DNA of 63,545 bases, the filler included, from Octopus bimaculoides (Eukaryota): assembly GCF_001194135.2 (NCBI RefSeq). It is 10 parts of 10 records of this genome, joined end to end, with 100 filler letters (N's around TTAATTAATTAA, not from the genome) between each part and the next. Parts side by side here need not be neighbours in the genome. Positions count along the whole stretch, not along the records: positions 27,607 to 40,129 come from NC_068981.1; positions 40,230 to 48,061 come from NC_068988.1; 8 more parts are not named here. One strand, written 5' to 3'. The notes below the pieces were generated by a model. The model did no database searches and had not been told where the DNA came from. It worked only from the letters and a program-made list of their open reading frames with translations. Below are positions 31,738 through 44,303 of the stretch, piece after piece (the stretch's first letter is position 1; every line of letters begins with the position of its first letter). The translations under genes and the position numbers were made by a program.

Positions 31738-32951
31738 CTCTCTCTTTTTCTGTCTCTCTTATGCGTGCACGCTTAGCAGAAACACTAGTTTCTCTTTTCT
31801 TGTTCCTATACATGGAAGACAGATGAAGATCAGTAAAAAGAACATGTGATTTAACATTTCATAATACTAATTTTATTTATATTTGGTAGAGATACCAGAC
31901 TGTAAATTTGAAGAGGTTTACTAAGTGGTTGAAAAGCCTTAATTTGCCTAATATTTTTTCAGTCAAACTAATAACATATTTACAAATAAAACCGTAGATT
32001 TATTAGTCAAAACCCACAATGTATTACTTCTCAAATAATTGTTGTCCGACAGAGAACATAGTGTTGTTATGTATATTAGCTTAAATCTAAGCGTATAACA
32101 GTTTCGTTTTAATAAATAATCTTCAGTTATGGTCATCAATAGTTTGGGGGTTGGGGAGAGAACAGTGAATGCTGATGAATTGTTGAACAAGCGCTCGGTT
32201 CGATCCACAGCCTATGTTCTTGAAAATGACCGTTGTAAGCCTAATGTAAGAGCGAAATTAAACACACGTGTTTTTGAACCAGTATATGCTTACGTAATGA
32301 CAAAACGAATAGGAAGAGTCTATAGTGGTTGAAAAGGTCACAGATGTTTGACGAACGATTTCCGGACAATGGACATGAGTTAAAATAATAAAATAAGAAC
32401 AGTAATAAACGAGTGAAGAAATAAATATATAGTGCGTGTGTTTATTTTGCAAAAAAAAAAAACTGTCCCAAAATACAACAATATCTGTTTAAACACACAA
32501 TTTCACATTAGGAACCTTGCAAAACGAATTGATATATTATATAATGAACTCTCCAGTCGTTAGACGACGTATGAGGGTTCGACAATTTCTTATTGAACAA
32601 CCACACAGATGATTTGTTTATAGTAATCGAATGTTTGTGGAGACATAAGCTAACTCCCTCCANNNNNNNNNNNNNNNNNNNNNNNNNNNNNNNNNNNNNN
32701 NNNNNNNNNNNNNNNNNNNNNNNNNNNNNNNNNNNNNNNNNNNNNNNNNNNNNNNNNNNNNNNNNNNNNNNNNNNNNNNNNNNNNNNNNNNNNNNNNNNN
32801 NNNNNNNNNNNNNNNNNNNNNNNNNNNNNNNNNNNNNNNNNNNNNNNNNNNNNNNNNNNNNNNNNNNNNNNNNNNNNNNNNNNNNNNNNNNNNNNNNNNN
32901 NNNNNNNNNNNNNNNNNNNNNNNNNNNATATATATATATATATATACACAT

Positions 32952-32986
<35 letters not shown>

Positions 32987-33024
32987 GATAGATAGATAGA
33001 TAGATACATACATACATACATACA

Positions 33025-33055
<31 letters not shown>

Positions 33056-33117
33056 CTTTATATATGTATTCATTTGTCTTCTCTTCATATGTATAATTTT
33101 ATCTATGAATATGGTGC

Positions 33118-33214
<97 letters not shown>

Positions 33215-34545
33215 TGTGTGTACGTGTAGGTGTGTCTGTATATCAGGCTATCCGTTTATTGATTTATCCGTTGTTGTTGAATCCGGGTCAGTCCCGCTAG
33301 AGCAGATTGAAAATGAAAGTCACTCCGCCCATACCTATTCCATTCTTTTAGATTTATACTCATGGTTAAACTACCCAATGCCTCTTTATCCCACTCCTCC
33401 AAGTGATCATGTGTTCGGTTTGAAGGAAAGTTGGTTCGAATTTCTAGTAGATCGTATTTCCAGTAGATCATGTAGAAGCTCATTTATGTTAGTCATTGCT
33501 ATTTCGTTCCAGTGTATCACATTGTCTTCCCACCCTGAAATAGAATGCATCCTCATTATCGACTTACAGTTCTTTTCTCAACTTGATACTAAATAAGATA
33601 TCTCCCATTTCGTGTATTAAAATGTCATTTAGCTTCTTTTTATTTTTTATTTGAAGGACTATATGATACTGTTATTGCAGCATATACAATTTTCATTGTT
33701 GACACTCGGGTAAGATGACTACAGGCAAGACGTTCTCCGGTATAAAATGCGATAACTAACCGTTTACCATCATTAAAGAATGTGGCCTCTAATAACGCGT
33801 GTCGATAAGTTTTTCTTTACTATTTTACATCTACTTTTTATGGCATGATATGTTGATTTTGCAAACTTGAATATGTTCGTTTGACATGTTGGAGCGATTC
33901 ATTTTAAAGGTGAATTCTTATTTCATTACAAACATTTCAATAATGTGAACAGAAATGTTTTTGGAGGTGGGGGAGAGGTTCTCGGCAAGGGTACAGACCT
34001 GATGAAAGGTAGATACAACTCTCTAAGTATGTCCAGAAATACTTAGACACCAGAATATCTTTGAAATTGTATAGCATCCTGTTTTCACCATGAATACGTG
34101 ATCATAAACTTGTTTCAGTAGTTTTGTTAATTTCATGCATTTTGTTATTGTTGTTTTTACGAGGGTGGGTTTTTAGTGTAAGAGAGACTAGTACCTCTTT
34201 CACGGAATTACTCTGTACCATAGTTTATATTACCGGATCTGACACTATATTTTATGCCTATGTAAACCGAGGCAATACAGAAATAATTCGACTTACTATG
34301 ATACGAGTACACATCAAAATGGCTAAAATGGATAAGAATTTTCAGTCTATGATTTAGTAATTTATTACCAGGCTCTAATATAACTTGCTTTTGAAAGATT
34401 CAAAATTATTAAATCAGCTATTAACAAACGTTGGACGCCTCTTATTTGTCCATGACAGCTTTTTTTCAATTTCGCAGCAATCATTTTCTTTACCTCCATC
34501 CCCAAGATGGAGCAATCACCTGAGCTTAAAGAACACATTCAGTTA

Positions 34546-34770
34546 GCAGTGCAGGAACTAACTCCTGAAATGCTTCAAAATGTGTTTCACAACGCTAGAG
34601 AGAGATTTGAAGTATTCAGGGATACAGACATGTTGAAAATTTTCAATAAAAGTTTGACGTAAGATTTATAAACATACTTGTTTTGGTATTAAACATAAAA
34701 TTCTGCCAGTTTCTTTAAAATTTGCTCTATTTCATTGAAACAGATAGTTAATTCTGGAACACCTTCTATG
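34546..34770 (+). mobile_element. Degenerate Tc1/mariner 3' remnant
   Basis: ELKEHIQLAVQELTPEMLQNVFHNARERF resembles a transposase C-terminus; TIR-like TAATTCTGGAACACC at about 34749-34763; no left TIR found. Confidence 0.45.
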
Positions 34771-35668
34771 GCATAGCGTTGTTAGTTGTTGCGTTGCTCG
34801 AGTAAATATTAAAATCAAAGGTCTTCTCACTGTAAACATCCCATCTTTACGTTAAGCATATTGTATCAAGGAGTATATTATCCAAAATGTATCTCTCCTT
34901 TATAGGCGTGGCTGTGTCGTTGAGAAGCTTGACGCCTTGGGTTCAGTGTTGGCACGCTGGGCAATTCTCTTTCATTACAGCTCCGTGCCGACAAAAGCCT
35001 TGTGTATTATATAATTGCCATTGATGTATTATGTAAAATAACACATACAACTCAATTATTATTGTCATATAATAAACAAACAGAAGTCCGTCTATGAAAT
35101 TAATCTTATCCTACTTCAATTATTACATGTTTTTTTCTTATAAAATACACATGTACACTCTAAGTGTGGCCCTCATGAAAGAGTGCAAGTAATTACCCGA
35201 TCAACGATGGGTATTACTACTAGTTGTCTATAAATATAGATACATAAATGCAGACACGTATCATTATATAGACAAGTAATTGGATCTCCGTCGTATATGA
35301 AGACAAATATTCCATTTATTCGATTGGTGGAACGTCCAATTCATTGCATTTACGTTTAGGTGGCTGAGTATTCCTTACGTCCTGGATATGACTTTAAACT
35401 ACATCTAGTAATGGGGCCTCGGTTCCAGAGTTTTGGGGTTTTTAGGAGTGCGGAAACACCTCTTAGTCACAATTATTCCTTGGTTTGCTGTGACCCTGGA
35501 GTAGTAGCACTCGTCAAGGTCCAAGATAAATAGCATGTAACCACGTGGCTCAAGGCACGTTCAACTCATACGATGCGGCATGGTAGATGTGAACTATATC
35601 AGCAAGAGAACACATTGAGTTAATTACGAAATGAGAGTGCTAAGCAGTGATGTGTATAAATGCAATGA

Positions 35669-35865
35669 TATTACCAGTTCAAATATGCCAATGGCAAGTT
35701 CGAACTCGTAAGCAAGCAATTTACTATGATTTTCGGGGAGAAAATTTCTTGCTGTAAACAAATGGTCTCCATTTGTTAACAGCGAGAAATTTTCTCCCTG
35801 AAAAACAAAGTAAATGGCTTGTTTATGAGTCCGAACTTGCCATTGGCATATTCGAACTGGTAATA
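35669..35865. repeat. Long hairpin, 97-bp arms with a 3-nt loop
   Basis: TATTACCAGTTC...AACAAATGG-tct-CCATTTGTT...GAACTGGTAATA with scattered mismatches. Confidence 0.88.
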
Positions 35866-36160
35866 ACATAACATTGAGTTAATGTCGTGTATCACAAGGT
35901 GCTGAAAGGATGAACGGACAACAAACTGTATACAAATGGTCTCCATTTGTTAACAACAAACAACAACAATTTGGTTGGATTCGATGGGGGGTATTCTTGA
36001 TGTGCTGAGTGTGCAGCAGTGTAGCACAAACGGAGTGTAAACGCAGACATAACTGTGTCGTTAAAATTTAAAGATATCAGGATCTAACCAGAGAAATGAA
36101 GAAATTGTGGAAGACGAAGTAAACAATCCTTCAGCTTATAATTGGTGCACTCAGCACATT

Positions 36161-36229
<69 letters not shown>

Positions 36230-36233
<4 letters not shown>

Positions 36234-36366
36234 AGCACATCAAGAATACCCCCCATTGAATCCAACCAAATGGTGAGTCTAGATGTGATAAGTCTCTTCA
36301 CCAAAGTCCCAACTGATGAAACACTATCGGTAATTCAAGAAAAACTAGTGACAAATACCCATCTAC
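36230..36366 (+). mobile_element. Penelope-like RT fragment
   Basis: HIKNTPIESNQMVSLDVISLFTKVPTDETLSVIQEKL matches the PLE motif (L/M)VS.DV.SLFT.VP.DE.L..I. Confidence 0.75.
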
Positions 36367-36385
36367 ACGATGTGTGTGTGTGTGA

Positions 36386-36422
<37 letters not shown>

Positions 36423-37847
36423 CGTGCGTGCGCGCGCTTGTTTGTGCGTGCTTGTGTCATTTTATTTGAGTTTGTCCCCTGCCATCGCTTGACAACTTGT
36501 GTTAGTATATTAACGTCCCCGTAAGATAGCAGTTCGGCAAAACAGACCGATAGATTAAGTACCAGACTTAATGGGTAAAGGGGTAAATTCGTTCGTCTAA
36601 ACCTTTTAAGCTGTTACCCCAACATGGTCGCAGCCCAGTGACCGAAACACGTAAAATATAAAGATATGAGTGATTTTACATTATGACCGAACGGTTAGAA
36701 AGTCGGCTTAGTAATCATGATGTACAGGATTCTTTCCTATAACGTGGCACCTTGGACAAGCATCATTTATTCCCGTAATCTCAAGTCAACTCAAGAGTCT
36801 TGTAACATTGTGTAGACGGAAACTGTTTGGAAGCTTGTCGGGTGGTCTGTACCTGTATTTGACAGGATTGCCTTGTCACATACAGTCACGGTGATTTTCG
36901 TAAATGTTCCTCTGTTTATGGATTCCTCATCCAAGTCGAGCGACTTGCCCAGACCAACGTAATTCTTCCAGACGTCTTCATCAAGCGATGAGGCATGAAT
37001 ATGTCTCTCCCCTTATTTTTTTAGACACATTGGTCTTTCGCCTGCTGAAATATCTCATCTACGCATGTTATATCTACAGATGATGGCAGCAATTCACTAC
37101 CTGGACGGATTATTGGTCCTGGCCGTTGACAGCTTGTTGTCCGTTTGTTGTTTGTTGTTTGTTGTTAACAAATGGAGACCGTTTGTTTACAGCAAGAAAT
37201 TTTCTCGCCGAAAATCATAGTAAATGGCTTGCTTACGAGTTCGAACTTGCCATTGGCATATTCGAACTGGTAACATCATTGCATTTATACACATCACTGC
37301 TTGGCGGTCTCACTTCGTAATTAACTCAATGTTTTCTCTTGCTGATATAGTTCACATCTACCATGCTGCATCGTATGATTTGAACGTGCCTTGAGCCAGG
37401 TGGTTACATGCTATTTATCTGGGCAAACCAAGGAATAATTGTAACTAAGAGGTGTTTCTGCACTCCTCAAAACCCCAAAACTCTGGAACCGAGGGCTCAA
37501 ATATCCGTCAAATATAAATAATGTAAATAATGTAACATCTCCTGCTTTTTAAATTAACATGTAAAAGTTTTCGAATAATAATAATAATAACAATAACAAT
37601 AATAGAAATGATGATGGTGATGATGATGGTGATGATTTCACATTGTGGCACAAGGCCAGTAATTTCGGGGTAAGGATGAGTCGATTACATCGATGGTACT
37701 TATTTATTGACACCGAAAGTATTCAAGGTAAAGTCAACCTCGGCGGAATTTGAACGCAAAACGTAGCAACCACTAAGCATTTTGTCCTGCGTGCTGACGA
37801 TTCTACTAGCTCACTGCATTAATAACAACAACAACAACAACAATAAC

Positions 37848-37910
<63 letters not shown>

Positions 37911-38517
37911 NNNNNNNNNNNNNNNNNNNNNNNNNNNNNNNNNNNNNNNNNNNNNNNNNNNNNNNNNNNNNNNNNNNNNNNNNNNNNNNNNNNNNNNNNN
38001 NNNNNNNNNNNNNNNNNNNNNNNNNNNNNNNNNNNNNNNNNNNNNNNNNNNNNNNNNNNNNNNNNNNNNNNNNNNNNNNNNNNNNNNNNNNNNNNNNNNN
38101 NNNNNNNNNNNNNNNNNNNNNNNNNNNNNNNNNNNNNNNNNNNNNNNNNNNNNNNNNNNNNNNNNNNNNNNNNNNNNNNNNNNNNNNNNNNNNNNNNNNN
38201 NNNNNNNNNNNNNNNNNNNNNNNNNNNNNNNNNNNNNNNNNNNNNNNNNNNNNNNNNNNNNNNNNNNNNNNNNNNNNNNNNNNNNNNNNNNNNNNNNNNN
38301 NNNNNNNNNNNNNNNNNNNNNNNNNNNNNNNNNNNNNNNNNNNNNNNNNNNNNNNNNNNNNNNNNNNNNNNNNNNNNNNNNNNNNNNNNNNNNNNNNNNN
38401 NNNNNNNNNNNNNNNNNNNNNNNNNNNNNNNNNNNNNNNNNNNNNNNNNNNNNNNNNNNNNNNNNNNNNNNNNNNNNNNNNNNNNNNNNNNNNNNNNNNN
38501 NNNNNNNNNNNNTTGTT

Positions 38518-38892
38518 GTTGTTGGCACTGCGTCACTTACGATGTCGAAGGTTCCAGTTGATCCGATCAACGGAACAGCCTGCTCGTGAAATTAACGTGC
38601 AAGTGGCTGAGCACTCCACAGACACGTGTACCCTTGACGTAGTTCTTGGGTATATTCAGCGTGACAGAGTGTGACAAGACTGGCCCCTTTGAATTACAGG
38701 CACAACAGAAACAGGAAGTAAGAGTGAGAGAAAGTTGTGGTGAAAGAGTACAGCAGGGTTCGCCATCATCCCCTGCCGGAGCCACGTGAAAGCTTTAGGT
38801 GTTTTCACTCAATAAACACTCAAAACGCCCGAGCTGGGAATCGAAACCGCGATCCTATGACCGCGAGTCCACTGCCCTAACCATTGGGCCAT
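38518..38892 (-). mobile_element. tRNA(Arg-like)-headed SINE, family D
   Basis: Reverse-complement head GGCGCAATGGCCCAATGGTTAGGGCAGTGGACTCGCGGTCATAGGATCGCGGTTTCGATTCCC has A/B boxes and TCG at the anticodon position. The body is shared with 11321-11510. Confidence 0.75.
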
Positions 38893-38899
38893 TGCGCCT

Positions 38900-38976
<77 letters not shown>

Positions 38977-38988
38977 TGCATGTATGTA

Positions 38989-39034
<46 letters not shown>

Positions 39035-40299
39035 CATGCATGTCAGATAGACTTAGGGAAAATAAGAAAGGCAATTTTATAAGTAAACGCCTTTATGTGA
39101 TCCTCCAATAAGTTTAAATAGTTTCATAGTTGGTTAGCATAAAATTTAATTCCGTTTATTAAATGTTTACCCCCTTGAGATTTTGTCATAAACTGGAATT
39201 CCTAACAAACATAATTAAAATTAATTATTTTTAATATTTATTCCCTTAAGTGAGGATTTTGACTTCTAGATTCATCTGTACCTCCTTAATGGAAGCTACT
39301 CTTCCTTAAACGATACTCCATATTTTGGGGATATAAGTTTGTGAATGATTGCGTGCGCGCCCGAGTGTATGTGAGTGTGCGCGTGCGCGTGCGCGTTAGA
39401 GAGTGGGAGAGAGAGAGAGAGAGAGTGAGCTGTTTGGCTCTAATTTCCATTTTCATCGACATTTTATGTGATTTGCATCTGGAATTACTTAATGGAATTT
39501 TGGAATTGCTAAATGGATTAGAGCGTGGGAGGAAGTGATGAGAGGGAAGAGGTTAAAGGCGGATTAGATACACAAAGTACGAGGCGTAGATTGATTCTTA
39601 CAAGCCATTAAAACGTTGAGTACCATTGAAAAGTTTGTTTACGTATGAATATAACTTAGAACCGGCCTGAATAAAGGGTATGAGTTGCAAATTGATTCTT
39701 ATAAGCCATTAGGACGTATATCCTCATATAGATATAACTTCGAACCGGCCTGAAGAGTGAAACAAATCACTTCGTAACAATGTTTGTCTCTCTAAGCAGT
39801 ACCTACATGACGAGTCGCAAGCCATCACAGAAACTCAATGAATTTTTCCTCAGCCTCTATTTCAGAAGAAAATTTATTTTAACTCAGTATTACCTTCTTA
39901 CATTTAGGTACATTGAACCATTTGAAAGTAGTCAGCGCATAAAATGCAACAGGATGCGCACTGCAAATCAATCGTTCTTTCTTTGTAGTCTTTTCCCCCC
40001 ACCTGTTCTATGGATTTAGTAATTATAAAGTTTATATTGTTCTGAATTCGTAATGCCTATTTTATCTGAGTTCACGCTGCTTTCGAGTTTGTATCAAAAC
40101 ACCGATTACTTTTATATATATATATATATNNNNNNNNNNNNNNNNNNNNNNNNNNNNNNNNNNNNNNNNNNNNTTAATTAATTAANNNNNNNNNNNNNNN
40201 NNNNNNNNNNNNNNNNNNNNNNNNNNNNNACTCAATTAAATTCAATTTCTCAAAACTTAAAATTAAATTACGATTCACAGTGTAAAATATATAAATATG

Positions 40300-40431
40300 T
40301 AATTTCAGAGAAAAGAACCAAAGTTCATGAACTCATCCATGAAAATCCACACTTACATATAGAGAAAATTAATAAGTAAATGCCGGATAAATAAGTATAA
40401 TAAAATACAAAGTAAAAATCATAAAATAATG

Positions 40432-40489
<58 letters not shown>

Positions 40490-40641
40490 CATTATTTTAT
40501 GATTTTTATTATCATTATTTTATGATTTTTACTTTGTATTTTATTATACTTATTTATCGTGCATTTACTTATTAATTTTTTCTATGTGTGACTGGATTTT
40601 CATGGATGAGTTCATGAACTTTGGTTCTTCTCTCTAAAATT
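40300..40641. repeat. About 340-bp spacerless palindrome centred on an (AAT)n|(ATT)n junction
   Basis: Left arm 40300-40466 and right arm 40467-40641 are reverse complements with several substitutions and a 20-bp duplication in the right arm. Confidence 0.92.
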
Positions 40642-41286
40642 ATATATATATAGGGAGAGAGAGAAATATGGAAAGAGAGAGAAAGAAAGACAGAGAGATT
40701 TGACGTCATAGATGTTTTATAAACTCATCGAGAGAATGTGATATAGTTGTTTTGGAACAGTGAATCTCGAATCCCATAAAGTTATAGAAAACTGCATGGA
40801 TAACAGATAGCCTTCCACTTTTCCTTTCAAAAGGGTTTTTCAACCGAATATTTACGTTATAGCTATATAGTTTTATATGTTTTGAGATCTACTATTCCTG
40901 AAAAGAATTATATACACCTTTTATCTTTATCTTTTATATTTTACTTGTTTTAGCCATTAAACTGGACACAGTCTCAAGAGATATAGTGGAACAATCGCTC
41001 TCAGTAATTATTTCTTTTAAGCCTGTTACATATTATAACATTCTATTTCAACCGAACCATCAAGTTATGGAACGTAAACAAAATGACAACCGTTGGCAAG
41101 CGTTTACCGGACAAATACAAGCACAAAGATACACATGCGTATATATATGTGTGTGTGTGTGTGTATGTGTGTGTGTGTGTTTTCGTCTGTGCGTGTGTGT
41201 ATGTGTGTGTGTGTGCATATGTAAATACATACGCATATATACACACACCCATATATATATATATATATAGAAAGACAGACATACAT

Positions 41287-41375
<89 letters not shown>

Positions 41376-43173
41376 CAGACAGATAAGATGGAGTTGTTTC
41401 AGTTTCCGTCTACCAAATCCACTCACGAGGCTTTCGTCGCCCCGGGGCTATAGTAGAAGACATTTGCCCAGTGTGTTACGTCATGTGGCTCTTAACAGTT
41501 ATTTTAGGTTCCGCTATAGCTTCAACCTTTGCACGGTTATTGTCAGTCTATAATGACGAACACATTTTAATCCAATCCAAGATGGCCTCGGGACATTGAT
41601 TTCATTGGTTAATACGTGTCACACGTACAACGAAATGATTCACAGGAAAAAAAATTAAATAAAACGAACATCTCACAGCTGCACGTCACTTGAAAGGGAA
41701 AATCGTAGTTTAAATTAGATTTCGCTTCATTTTACGTATCGATTGACTTGCTTGGATATGTGTCACATAGCGCCCATCATAAGAACATGTTTTTCTTAAG
41801 GTGTAATTGATTGTTAGGAGTCGATATTTTGCTTAATTCTCCACTCTGAATTTTCTGTCGAACGTCTTAATATTAGTGTGCTGACTGTACGTTCAACCAG
41901 TCTGAAGTTTAAAATCTACTTGCTTGGGAATATGTTTGAAAGCTCGGAACTTACATTTCTTTGCATACGGTACAACGTTAACGCTTCTCCTTTCTTGCAG
42001 ACCGGTAGTTTCAATATCGCGAAATTCTGAGTTGCACATATTTGACAATGACAGTTACAGACGGTAAGCTTTTGTCACAATAACGATAATCTATTTCATC
42101 GTAATGTTGCTTTCCTTTTTGTCTTTTAATACCTACCCAAATATATTTAGAAAGAGGTGCGGCATTACACTTGTACCTAGACACTAGTGAATGTATGTGC
42201 AATGTTTATCAAGTTCTAGGTGTATTTGCAGTTAACCCGATGTACGTCATTACCAGAATGTCAACTGATGCAACATATGCTTTATATATTACTTATTACC
42301 AAAGAAATTTTCTATCTAAAGAACAGTTGTGTCGCTGCGCTCGCATTCGTATTAAATTAGTTATGTGATGCAAATAGATATTTGGATGTGGGTGTGGGTG
42401 GGGGTTATCAGTTTAAAATCTTTCATGAACCATAGAAAGTCAGCTGCTTTAAAATTTTGGCTGAAGAATATGGGATATATGTTTGAAGCGGCGGAAACTT
42501 ACTAATCGACGTAAAAAAGGTCCTAGCAATATTTGTGGATAGACTTTAAAATCGATGAAGATTATACCAAATAATTATTTCTATTTTTAGACCTCGTATC
42601 ATTTAGTGTTGGCTGGAGTTAAATGCATTTCTACCTATCGTAGAATGGAGTAGCAATGTTAAAAATTACTCTTCTCGGTGAAAGGTTAGACATATGCCTG
42701 TAAGTGGTCTCGGTATAAAGCTGTATGATTGTGGTCGGGATATAGGAACTCCTGTTTCTTCGTTGGGTTTAGAGTCGGGTGTTTGATAAAATAGAGCTGA
42801 TCGAGCAGAATATCTCACTCCACAGACCTTACATAACATTAAACCATCAGAAGAATTTCCTTATCAGCCCGAGGTGATAGGGGCCATCAATAGAAGGAAA
42901 CATGAAATAAAGATAGTCAGCAAACGCATTTTTGATATTATGTTCACAAAATCTAAACTCTATATTCCCAGTATTAAGTTGCTTACCGCTATCGAAGTTA
43001 GGTTAAAATTCATGTACTCCGAATTTGACGTTGTAAAATAATAGCTAGCTGTTTCTAAAGGTCGTCTTTTAAAACTATGTGCTACAATAATTGATACCAA
43101 TGTCGATGATTACTATGCATCTTTTCCACTTTAGAGATATACGACGGACACGCAAACACACACACATACACAC

Positions 43174-43209
<36 letters not shown>

Positions 43210-43211
<2 letters not shown>

Positions 43212-43624
43212 CTACTCTACGCACAAGGTCCGAAATTTGGGGTGGGGTAGTCGATTAGATCGATCCCAGTACGCAACTGGTACTTAATTTATCGACTCCA
43301 AAAGGATGAAAGCCATGGTCAATCTGGGCGGAATTTGAACTCAGAACGTAGAGACAGATGAAATACCACTATGCATTTGGCCTGGCATGCTAACGTTTAT
43401 TTCTTTATTGCCCACAAGGGGCTAAACATAGAGGGACAAACAAGGACAGACAAAAGGATTAAGTCGATTACATAGACCCCAGTGCGTAACTGGTACTTAA
43501 TTTATCGACCCTGAAAGGATGAAAGGCAAAGTCGACCTCGGCGGAATTTGAACTCAGAACGTAACGGCAGACGAAATACCGCTAAGCATTTCGCCCGGCG
43601 TGCTAACGTTTCTGCCAGCTCGCC
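43210..43624 (-). mobile_element. Two tandem family A SINE copies
   Basis: 43210-43395 and 43399-43624 both contain GGAATTTGAACTCAGAACG and TAATTTATCGAC..AAAGGATGAAAG. Further copies at about 25925-26130, 37640-37815, 47065-47260, 47295-47497, 49631-49840, 60420-60560 and 61595-61718. Confidence 0.8.
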
Positions 43625-43905
43625 GTCTTACAAGCATATTTCCGATGCAGCGGATATATATTTGTTAAACAGGGCGTCAAACATTAAGGCATGGTAAACA
43701 TCTCAAGTCATATAAATATCATTACAGGTTTGCCCTACCTTAATGTTTGACATCCTGTTTAACAATTATGTATCCGCTGCAACGGAAATCTGCAATGGCT
43801 CCATAACTACCGTCTCGACTATAACCTTGGAGCCCCAGTTATCCGTTACAGTACTTACCTAGCGAACCTAATTGTTTAGATCACATGTGAACTAAACCCG
43901 CATAC

Positions 43906-43967
<62 letters not shown>

Positions 43968-44218
43968 TATACAGTCCGACGCCATTTTTGATTAAGTACC
44001 CTTCGATAGATTGAGCTGTTGTGAATACTGAAATATTGAGAGAGGGCGTGAAACAAATAAATATAATTATGCTCAATAACCTGTATTGAGTCACATTTAT
44101 GCCGTTTCGTAATAAACAACATATAATTTGAGCGTTTGTGATGTCGTATATGTGTGCTTGAATGCGTAATAAATATACGTATTTGTATTTTATATGCTTG
44201 TACGGGTATAGATGTAGT

Positions 44219-44303
<85 letters not shown>

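Larger units (their letters stand above)
35417..37494. repeat. Large inverted repeat (arms 35417-35781 and 37163-37494) enclosing a PLE RT fragment and a SINE
   Basis: The arms are about 90% reverse-complementary by eye, with a 38-bp indel; the spacer is about 1.4 kb. Confidence 0.85.

Noticed and set aside
42620-43050. CR1-like LINE C-terminal remnant on - (..VPISRPQSYSFIPR..)
   Set aside because: Similarity is too weak and fragmentary to support without a search.
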